A stretch of 63,069 nt of DNA, counting the filler, from Octopus bimaculoides (Eukaryota): assembly GCF_001194135.2 (NCBI RefSeq). It is 5 parts of 5 records of this genome, joined end to end, with 100 filler letters (N's around TTAATTAATTAA, not from the genome) between each part and the next. Parts side by side here need not be neighbours in the genome. Positions count along the whole stretch, not along the records: positions 51,381 to 61,887 come from NC_069008.1; positions 61,988 to 63,069 come from NW_026357345.1; 3 more parts are not named here. One strand, given 5' to 3'. This document shows positions 53,113-63,069 of the stretch, piece after piece. Numbering within the stretch: the stretch's first letter is position 1; every line of letters begins with the position of its first letter. The notes below the pieces were generated by a model. It saw only the letters and a list, made by a program, of their open reading frames with translations, was not told the origin of the DNA and searched no databases. The position numbers were made by a program, and so were the translations under genes.

Positions 53113-53216
53113 GTCTGGTTTTATAATCACAGCCAGTATTGATGGTCACGTGAAGTTCTGGAGGAAACTGGAAGAAGCTGGCATCGAGTTTGTGAAGCAT
53201 TTCCGCAGTCACCTAG
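53113..53216 (+). CDS. PPWD1: PPWD1 coding exon: (K)[34 protein letters not shown](G)
   Basis: ctcctgcAG / GTAAC, 104 nt, phase 2 to 1, in frame with neighbours. WD40 motif FIITAS.DGHVKFW. Confidence 0.95.
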
Positions 53217-54225
53217 GTAACCTGGGAGTATCTCTTTGTTGTCAGCACAACACCGCATAAGATGACGCTCCACCAGACCATACAGTACTACACAGGAAGA
53301 GCACACCATACAGAACCTACACCCCAGGGTTGGGGAGACTAGTGTAGGAGAGGGTGCTGGAAAGTTCCTGCATTTAAGGGGATTGCAAAAGGGTGTGGTT
53401 GTCCTACCTCCCCCCCCCCTGGTAGGGCAACATTGCAGAAACTGACCCCAGGACTTATTTCTTGTAAACCTGGGGCTTATTCTATTGGTCTCTTTTGCTG
53501 AACCACCTGGTTAAGGGGACATAAACACACCAACATTGGTTGTCAAGCGATGGTGGTGGTGGGGGGGGAGACAAACAGACACACACACACATATATATAC
53601 AATGGGCTTCTTTCAGTTTCTATCTACCAAATCCACTCACAAAGCTTTGGTTGGCTCGAGGCCATAGTAGAAGACACTTGCCCAAGGTGTCACACAGTGG
53701 GACTGAACCCAGAACCATGTGGAAGCAAGCTACTTACCACTCCTGCACCCATGTATAGTACTGCCTGACTGGCCCTCGTGCCGGTGGNNNNNNNNNNCAC
53801 TCCTGCACCCATGTATAGTACTGCCTGACTGGCCCTCGTGCCGGTGGCACGTAAAAGCACCTACTACACTCTCGGAGTGGTTGACGTTAGGAAGAGCATC
53901 CAGCTGTAGAAACACTGCCAGATCAGATTGGAGTCTGGTGCAGACTTCCAGTTTCACCAGTCCTCGGTCAAATCGTCCAACTCATGCTAGCATGGAAAGC
54001 GAACGTTAAACGATGATGTGTTTATATATATACAACAGGCTTCTTTCAGTTTCCATCTACCAAATCCATTCACAAGGCTTTGGTTAACTTAAGGCTATAG
54101 TAGAAGACACTTGCCCATGGTGCCACGCAGTGGGACTGAACCCAGAACGATGTGGTTGGGAAGCAAGCTTCTTACCACACAACCACCCCTGCATCTATTA
54201 CTTGTTGTTGTTGTTGTCATTTCAG

Positions 54226-54321
54226 GAAACATTGAGGATGTTGCAGCAAGCAGCAACGGCGAATATTACTGCACCATATCAAATGACAAATCTGTGAAGG
54301 TGTTTGATGTCGTCAACTTTG
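54226..54321 (+). CDS. PPWD1: PPWD1 coding exon: (G)NIEDVAASSNGEYYCTISNDKSVKVFDVVNF(D)
   Basis: catttcAG / GTTAGT, 96 nt, phase 1 to 1. KVFDVVNFD is conserved in PPWD1. Confidence 0.95.
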
Positions 54322-55197
54322 GTTAGTATTGCAAACATGTTTAGTCGATGTGGAACGAACCTGTCCGTTTTCTTGACTTTCCAAATTTTTTACAGTTGTC
54401 CAAAAACAGTTGTGCAAGGTGTTTGGAATTCTGACGAAAGTTTTCGAACCTTTGTTCTCAGATTTTGTTCAGCCAAAGCATTTAATCCATCATGCCAAAT
54501 AACTGATTTTTGGCCTACCCCTTGGCTGATTTTCAAGGCTATCATCTCCTGAATGAGAGCTTTGGAACTATCTCTGAACAGTTCTGATGTCAACAAAATT
54601 ATCACCAAGGGCCCGCTTGATATTCCATTGAGCTTCTGAGGCAGTGACCCAGTTTGTACTCACACGAGAAAATCACTCATCATAGTTTGGTTGTTATCAT
54701 TTTCATAAGGTCTGTGGGTACAAATTTTGTATATCAATATTGTTGGGACAGAAAATGAGTCAAGATTAAATGCAAGGTATACGTAATTGAGTTTTTAAAT
54801 GACTGGAATAAGAATTAAAAATGCGACATTTCATGTGAAATAACCTAATATATATATATTGAGAGAGAGAGAGAAAGGATAAAACCCACACAAAGCTTTG
54901 TGAAATACAGTTACACAGGGTTTCCTGGTTGAAATTTGAAAAAAAACAAGATTATTTTGTATTTTTATTATAACAATAATTTTCCTCTCCTAATTGATTG
55001 ACTGCCATACTGTTTGTTGAAAATCATACCATGCAGCATATGTGTGTGTGTGTATATATGTATGTATGTATATGTGTGTGTGTGCATAGGTATATATGCA
55101 GATGTATGTGTGTGTGTGTGTGTATGTATACATACACATACACGTTTTCTGTCTCATGTCTGCATTAATGTAGATATATGTCTATGCATTAAAACAA

Positions 55198-55238
<41 letters not shown>

Positions 55239-55780
55239 CTCTCTCTGTCTCCCTGGCTCCCTCTCCCTCTCTGACTTTCAACCTGTCAAGTTTGTTTTGG
55301 TGACCAGCAGGTGTTGTCAGTTGTGAGGAGGGACAAGGGTCAGACGCAGAGACAGACAGACAGCGGTAGTGGTGGTGGTGGTGGTGGGAAGGGAGACAGA
55401 CTAAACAGACCTCACTGCTTCCACTCCACTCCACTCCCCACCACCACCATGAGGTGAAGTGAGGGTTGCACTTTTACATTGTGAAACCTCATTGCATTTC
55501 TGTCTGGGGATAGAGATGTGTGTGTGTGTGTGTGTGTGTAGCATCATCATTGTCATCATCACCATCATTGTTTAACATTCATCTTCCATGCATGGATAGG
55601 ACACACACACACACAGAGGAGTGGCTGTGTGGTAAAAAAAACTTCCTTCCCAACCACATGGTTCTGGTTTCAGTCCTACTGTATGGCACTTTGGGCAAGT
55701 TTCTTCTACTTTAGCCTTGAACCAACAAAAGCCTTCTCAGTGGATTTGGTAGGCGGAAACTGAAAAAAGCCCGTTGTATA

Positions 55781-55834
<54 letters not shown>

Positions 55835-57159
55835 TGCACACACTTACACATACCTTCATATACATATATATATACATACGTGTGTAAGTATGTATATATA
55901 TATATGTGTGTTTATGTTTCTATATATATATATGAATGTGGAGACATGGTTGCGTGGTTAAGATGCCTGCTTCCCAATCACATAGTTTTGGGTTCAATCT
56001 TGTCAATGCCATCTTGGACATATGCCTTCGGTTACAGCCTTGGGCAAACCAAAGCCCTGTGAGCGAATTTTCGGAGATGGAATCTGAAATAGTTATAATA
56101 TTATTTTGCTTCTCTGTCTGAAGGATTTCCAAGATGTCTTTCATGTTCTTCTCCCACCTGTACCAATTTGCAACTCCTTTTAGCAAACGAAACATGTGTA
56201 ACGGTGTGCAAATAATCCTTTCTACATTAAGCACAAGGCCTAAAAATGTGAGGGAGGGGGCCAGCTGATTACATCAACCCCAGTGTGTAACTGGTATTTA
56301 ATTTATCAGCCTCGAAAGGATGAAAGCAAAGTCGACTTTGGTGGAGTTTGAACTCAGAATGCATTTCATCCAGCGTGCTAACAATTCTACCATCTTACCA
56401 CCCACCTTATAATGGTGTATAAATAATAGCAAATGAAGTTTTTTTTTGGGGGGGGGGAGTCTTAATACTAAGGGAAGTAACTCCGATTGATGTCTGCCCA
56501 CTGCCAAGATAATCAGGGTTATTTCTTCTTTCAGTATAAGTTCGAAAGATGAGTTAATGAAGAAGAGCTCCAACTGGATGAGACCTCCAAGCGGTTTAAA
56601 TGCACAAATCTCTGATATCCAAGGGGCTGAAAAGTGTCAGCAGAAGGGCAACCAGCAGTCATGACCTGGAACTCTCAGAGTGTAAGGGGTTAAGGGACAA
56701 AGCACATGCCTGAGGAAGGGGATTTCAAATCAGAAGACCTTCTGCTCTCCAGCTCTCTTGAGACTTTCTGACCAGTTTATATATAGATAAGTGTGTATAT
56801 GGATGGGGCTTCTTTCAGTTTCTCTCTACCAAAATCAAATCACACATTTGCCCAAGGTGCTATGCAGTGGGACTGAACCTGCAACCATGTGGTTGGGAAG
56901 GAAGCGTCTTACCACATATATATACATGCGTATATATATATATATATATATACACACATTCACTCACTCACACATACACACGCGCACGCTGAGGCAAACA
57001 GTGTGTGTTGTACGGTGGAGAGGAGTAGTGGAATGTGGTATGTGACAATCTTGATTTCCAAGGGATCAGGTGGGAGGGAGATTGTATGAAAGGGTGAGGC
57101 GGTGGTGGTGCAGGATGTGGCTGTAATGTAGGCATGCAATAGCGGGGGGGGGGGTATAT

Positions 57160-57315
57160 CGAGGCAGTTGTAGTCAAAATAATAGAGGTGGGTGTTGGTG
57201 TGTTGAGGTGGTAGCATTTGCGTTGTTGGTGGTTGTAGTCAAAATAATGGAGGTGAGGACGGGGTGTTGGTGTGTCGAGGCGGTAGCAATTGTGGTGGTG
57301 GTAGTCAAAATAACG
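57160..57315. repeat. G-rich minisatellite, ~65-bp period, ~3 units
   Basis: TAGTCAAAATAA recurs at 57171, 57236 and 57302 with similar GGTGTTGGTGTGT.GAGG.GGTAGCA spacers. Confidence 0.7.
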
Positions 57316-57713
57316 GGTGGGGATGGGGTGACCAAGGCCCTTCTACTGTTGTGTCTAACTCACTATTTACAGTTGTATGTCACCTCAACACCCTCATCTA
57401 CTCTACCCTAACCCCTCTGTCTACCCCATTCATATAGATGTGAAGGTTCTGCTCATATGTAGGTCTACACACAGACACCTCAAAAGTAAATAGACACCCC
57501 TTATAGTGTTTTACCCATTTGGTCACTCCTCATTAGTTGGATACTCAAATGGGTTGAATCCTTAAAATCTAAATAAGGCATTTATATTAAATCCCAGATT
57601 AAGGATTTAAAAGCATTAAACAGCATTATTTGGTTTCCAGAAATAAATCTTTCGAAAGGAAAAAACCAAAGAAACTATGCTGTCTATTTACTTTTGAGAT
57701 TTCTGCGTGAAAT

Positions 57714-57747
<34 letters not shown>

Positions 57748-57751
57748 GTAT

Positions 57752-58080
57752 AGGTGCAGGTGTGGCTGTGTGGTAAGAAGCTTCTCACCGACATGGTTCC
57801 AGGTTCAGTCCCACTGCATGACATCTTGGGCAAGTGCCTTTTACTACAGCCCCGGGACAACCAAAATCTTGTGAATGTATCTGCGTGTCAGTGTTTATCC
57901 CCCCCCCACCATCGCTTGATAACCGATATTGGTGTGTTTATGCCTCCATAACTTAACAGTTCAGCAAAAAGACTAATAAGGACTAGGCTTACAAAGAATA
58001 AGTCCTGGGGTCGATTTGTTCACCTAAAGCCGGTGCTCCAGCATGGCCACAGTCAAATGACTGAAGCAAGGAAAAGAATA
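57752..58080 (+). mobile_element. tRNA-headed SINE family A, near full length, in a PPWD1 intron
   Basis: A-box-like TGGCTGTGTGG (57763), B-box-like GGTTCAGTCCC (57802), body TTGGGCAAGTG, tail GCATGGCC.CAGTCAAATGACTGAA. Confidence 0.8.
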
Positions 58081-58182
58081 TGTATATAATATGTCCAAGA
58101 GTACACAATATTCCGAAAGGTCAGCAATGATCTTCCCTGGTCACAAGTGGATGGCCATCAGATATGTATGTGTGTGTGTGTA

Positions 58183-58225
<43 letters not shown>

Positions 58226-58557
58226 ATTTAAATAAGAGCTTTGATGCAATCCTATACTCTCTTCTACTTGTTTCAGTCATTTGACTGCGGCCATGCTGGA
58301 GCACCTCCTTTAGTCGAGCAAATCAACCCCAGGACTTATTCTTTATAAGCCTAGTACTTATTCTATCGGTCACTTTTGCCGAACCGCTAAATAGACATGA
58401 CGCCTAAAGCAATTACATTAAAATATATTATATTTATATATATTATATTTATTTATACGGTGGTGCATCAGCATGGCCGCAGCTCTGAGCTGAAACTTTG
58501 AAATGAAATGAAATATATATATATATGTTTGTGTCTGTCTGTCTCTCTCTATTTCAG

Positions 58558-58645
58558 ATATGATCAATATGTTAAAACTTTCTTTCCCACCTTCCTGCTG
58601 TTGCTGGTTGTTCACAGCGGGTGATGTGGTTGCTGCCCTAGCAAT
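58558..58645 (+). CDS. PPWD1: PPWD1 coding exon: (D)MINMLKLSFPPSCCCWLFTAGDVVAALA(I)
   Basis: tctctatttcAG / GTAAG, 88 nt, phase 1 to 2. DMINMLKL continues NF from the previous exon exactly as in PPWD1. Not in the ORF track. Confidence 0.92.
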
Positions 58646-59896
58646 GTAAGTGCATATGTCATTGTTGTCATCATCATCACCAATATCAGCCATTTTATCT
58701 ACCTTCTTATCGTCGTCCTTCTCATCATCAGCACTATCACCATCATCATCACCATCTCTTTTTCCTTATGCTTCCATGCTTCTAGTAGAGCACCCTATTC
58801 TCCAGGTCCCAATCTGTGCCCTTTCACGCAGGTCATCCCCCCCCACACACACACACTCCCAATGCCAGACTTCTCTGCTTCATCTCCTCTCATTCAACTT
58901 TTACCCTGTCTTCCTTTCCCACCAGTTTCAGCCGCCTCAAATGCTAAAACAATTCTTTATTCATCTGACATCCTACACACACACACACACACACGTGGGA
59001 GCGTGGAAGACAACCATCAGAGACATATAAAAATATATGTCTGTATAAATATTATCAAATACATGAACAGGCGCAGGAGTGGCTGTGTGGTAAGAAGCTT
59101 GCTTTTGCAACCACATGGCTTCAGGTTCACTCCCACTGCATCGTACCTTGGGCAAGTGTCTTCTACTGCAGCCTCGGACCAACCAATGCCTTGTGAATGA
59201 ATTTGGTAGACAGAAACTGAAAGAAGCCCATCATATATATCATCATTTAATGTTCACTTTCCATGCTGGGATGGGTTGGACAGTTTGACTGAGAACTGAC
59301 AAGCCAGCAGGCTGCACAAGGCTCCAATCTGATCTGGATGCCCTTCCTAACGCCCATATCCATCACTGAACATATTTCATCTCATTACTTTAGCTCATTA
59401 GTGGACTGGGTGCTTTCTCCATCACTGAGTCAACAAGTAACCCACAAGACAAAGATCTTCCCCACTCAACCGATAGGGATGAATCATGATGAAGGAGGTG
59501 ACTTTCTGTCAGTTGAAAAGAGTTTAAAATACAATACAGGGACCAAAAATAACAAAAAAAAAATAGCAATTACCTCCCCTGTTCCAAATAATAACTATCA
59601 CGAATTAACTCCCCTTAGATTTTTTTCTTCGTTGATTCATTCACAAACTTTCATACAAGAACCTAGACTAAAAACATCTTTAAAATATATGAAATCACAA
59701 TAATTTCAATATCATGATTAGCGAAAGCGAAACCAGTCGACAACCACAATACCATTTCATTTAAAATATATTAAAATTATATAAACTTCGTGCATTTTCC
59801 TTCTTTTATTATATATGTGTTTTTTGCATTTCAAGTCACCACATAGGGATAATTGAAATTCTCTATCTCCCTTTCCTTACTATATATATGTATATA

Positions 59897-59933
<37 letters not shown>

Positions 59934-61268
59934 NNNNNNNNNNNNNNNNNNNNNNNNNNNNNNNNNNNNNNNNNNNNNNNNNNNNNNNNNNNNNNNNNNN
60001 NNNNNNNNNNNNNNNNNNNNNNNNNNNNNNNNNNNNNNNNNNNNNNNNNNNNNNNNNNNNNNNNNNNNNNNNNNNNNNNNNNNNNNNNNNNNNNNNNNNN
60101 NNNNNNNNNNNNNNNNNNNNNNNNNNNNNNNNNNNNNNNNNNNNNNNNNNNNNNNNNNNNNNNNNNNNNNNNNNNNNNNNNNNNNNNNNNNNNNNNNNNN
60201 NNNNNNNNNNNNNNNNNNNNNNNNNNNNNNNNNNNNNNNNNNNNNNNNNNNNNNNNNNNNNNNNNNNNNNNNNNNNNNNNNNNNNNNNNNNNNNNNNNNN
60301 NNNNNNNNNNNNNNNNNNNNNNNNNNNNNNNNNNNNNNNNNNNNNNNNNNNNNNNNNNNNNNNNNNNNNNNNNNNNNNNNNNNNNNNNNNNNNNNNNNNN
60401 NNNNNNNNNNNNNNNNNNNNNNNNNNNNNNNNNNNNNNNNNNNNNNNNNNNNNNNNNNNNNNNNNNNNNNNNNNNNNNNNNNNNNNNNNNNNNNNNNNNN
60501 NNNNNNNNNNNNNNNNNNNNNNNNNNNNNNNNNNNNNNNNNNNNNNNNNNNNNNNNNNNNNNNNNNNNNNNNNNNNNNNNNNNNNNNNNNNNNNNNNNNN
60601 NNNNNNNNNNNNNNNNNNNNNNNNNNNNNNNNNNNNNNNNNNNNNNNNNNNNNNNNNNNNNNNNNNNNNNNNNNNNNNNNNNNNNNNNNNNNNNNNNNNN
60701 NNNNNNNNNNNNNNNNNNNNNNNNNNNNNNNNNNNNNNNNNNNNNNNNNNNNNNNNNNNNNNNNNNNNNNNNNNNNNNNNNNNNNNNNNNNNNNNNNNNN
60801 NNNNNNNNNNNNNNNNNNNNNNNNNNNNNNNNNNNNNNNNNNNNNNNNNNNNNNNNNNNNNNNNNNNNNNNNNNNNNNNNNNNNNNNNNNNNNNNNNNNN
60901 NNNNNNNNNNNNNNNNNNNNNGCACCTTGGGCAAGTGTCTTCTACTATAGCCTCGGGTCGACCAAAGCCTTGTCGGTTGGTAATGTTTATATATATCATC
61001 ATCATCATCATTTAATGTCCTCTTTCCATGCTGGCATGGGCTGAACGGCTTGACTTGGAGCTGGCCAACAAGGAACTGTGCAGACTCCAGCTGTCTGTTG
61101 TGGCATCGGTTCTACAGATGCCCTTCCTAATGCCAACCATTTAACTGTATGGCTGGGTGCTTTTTACATGGCACCAGCATTTGTGTTAAACACACCTGTA
61201 TGTATATATGTATGTATATATGTGTGTATATATGAATGTATATCTTTTGCTTTCTCCTGTTGCGACAG

Positions 61269-61412
61269 TACAACTCCCAGTTCGATGTGGTGGTCTCCTC
61301 GGATGAGAGTGGAATGGTGGAATATTGGACTGGCCCTAAACGTGACTATGGCTTCCCAAAGAACATCAGCTGGTCGTACAAAACAGACACCGATCTCTAT
61401 GACTTCGTTAAG
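61269..61412 (+). CDS. PPWD1: PPWD1 coding exon: [48 protein letters not shown]
   Basis: Polypyrimidine tract then gacAG / GTAAG, 144 nt, phase 0 to 0. Matches recalled VVSSDKSGMIEYWTGP...[17 protein letters not shown]. Confidence 0.95.
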
Positions 61413-61836
61413 GTAAGTCTGCTCTTCTCTAACAAGGGATAGATGAGAGAGTTGTGATTGTTCAGCCCCAGATCTTCCAGCTGTGACCATCTTCTTTTAT
61501 TCAGGCATAGTCTATCTAGGACTACATTGTCTACATGTGTCTTTCCTTGTTCTGTAGCCCCAGACCAGTCCTGATCCTGTGGACCCATGGTCAAAGATGT
61601 TACTGTTGTGATCATCCTATCTTTTATTCTGACATTGTGTATCTAGGGCTACATTATCTCAAGCATCAATTTTCTTAGTAGGAGAGGTAGATTTTAACTA
61701 TGCACACACACAAGCACACAAGCACATACACATACATGCACACATAAACACACACATGCACATACACACACACACTGCACATGTTTTAATAGATTGATTC
61801 AGTCCTACGTTTCATGACATCCTGTGCCCACACATG

Positions 61837-61887
<51 letters not shown>

Positions 61888-61987
61888 NNNNNNNNNNNNN
61901 NNNNNNNNNNNNNNNNNNNNNNNNNNNNNNNTTAATTAATTAANNNNNNNNNNNNNNNNNNNNNNNNNNNNNNNNNNNNNNNNNNNN
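61888..61987. other. Artificial assembly linker N44-TTAATTAATTAA-N44
   Basis: Same 100-bp structure as at 15740. Confidence 0.95.
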
Positions 61988-63069
61988 TATATACACACTT
62001 ACACATACATATACACACATATATATCGACACGTACACACATATATGTCTATATATAAAAAAATATAAAAATACATAAACATAAAAGTGCACATAAACAT
62101 ACATGCATCCAACCAAGCATATATACATACATATTCATATATATATTTTTAAAGAATAATAACAACAGCATGACCACAGCCACTTGGCTGAAACCCATAA
62201 ATAAATAAATAAATAAATATATTCAAAAATCTACACAAACACATAGTTTCATATTAAAATATGAATGTATACACACACACACACAGATACACGTGTATAT
62301 ATGAACATTCATACACATACATTCGCACACACATATATATATATACTTTTATGTATGTGTTGTTACACGTATTTACAAAGAGATTCATACGTAAAATTAT
62401 ACACTCCTTAGTACGTATATAAATACTGTCGATGTGTGGTAATTAGTAATAAAGTGGAGGGATATTTATCGGAAGGTAATTCATATATTAGTAAATGAGA
62501 TATTGAATGATTGAAAATTAATTAATAAATAAATAAATAATAAAGTTAATGGGTGGTCTATTAATCTAGATAAATTGATTATTTTATTAATATATGTAAG
62601 AAAAGTTGGGCTGAACTAGGGGTTAAAAGAATAAATATTGCTTAAGAAGACAAAGTAAATATTATAAATAAGGTTTACTACAGTAATTCCGTAATATATC
62701 TATTAGTGTAAAAGTTTTATCGAGATTTGAAAATAAAATAATATTATGTTGATCAGTAAATTATGCGTCATATAATGAGAAATTTAAATGTTTGGGATAA
62801 ATCTTGTTACGAGAATAAATACTAAAACTATGATTGTTTTAAAACTAAAGATGTTACTAGGAACGTTGAAATGATGAATTAGGATCGTAGATTTAGAATA
62901 CTCTCACTAAGAAAGCCAAGAACATAAATAACTCTTATCATTGATAAGCAAATTAGTGACTAGATTGGAAGTAGTAAATGAATGATATTGAGGTACAATG
63001 ACATATGAAAAAGAAAAAATAAGGTTAATAGGGCATTGTATATTAGGCAATTGATGTAGGTAAATTTTA

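Noticed and set aside
53738-53847. 50-bp direct duplication around a 10-N gap
   Set aside because: Identical sequence on both sides of a minimal gap is an unmerged contig overlap artefact.
62400-63069. Strongly A/G-skewed AT-rich stretch as a next PPWD1 exon or an intact ORF
   Set aside because: No PPWD1-like peptide and stops in the frames I read. It is probably an old decayed repeat, and it lies beyond an artificial join.

Overview
Eukaryotic, AT-rich, gap-ridden draft scaffold with very dense microsatellites and transposon remnants. The repeat landscape resembles what I recall of octopus genomes; that species call is inference only. The only host gene I can identify is PPWD1 (WD40 + cyclophilin spliceosomal protein) on the + strand. 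Five coding exons were read with correct splice sites (52103-52205, 53113-53216, 54226-54321, 58558-58645, 61269-61412). Splice phases require one more exon, probably hidden in the N-gap at 59934-60921. Exon 1 and the 3' half of the gene are not visible. The rest is tRNA-headed SINEs, LINE fragments (RTE, R4/Dong-like RLE, CRE-like), Penelope-like elements, Gypsy fragments and solo LTRs, and DNA transposon remnants (Merlin-like, MULE, Tc1/mariner, pogo, Helitron). Four artificial 100-bp N44-TTAATTAATTAA-N44 linkers mark assembly joins. There is no CRISPR array, rRNA, genuine tRNA gene or prokaryotic system, and almost all ORFs in the supplied track are microsatellite or N-gap artefacts. Best candidates for new biology: (1) a Penelope-like element whose terminal repeat appears to combine a tRNA-like Pol III head, (AAT)n and a hammerhead-ribozyme-like motif; (2) an RLE LINE family whose three independently truncated copies all abut (CATA)n; (3) an ORF1-only, A-tailed LINE derivative. 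Family assignments come from motif recognition by eye; no database search was run.
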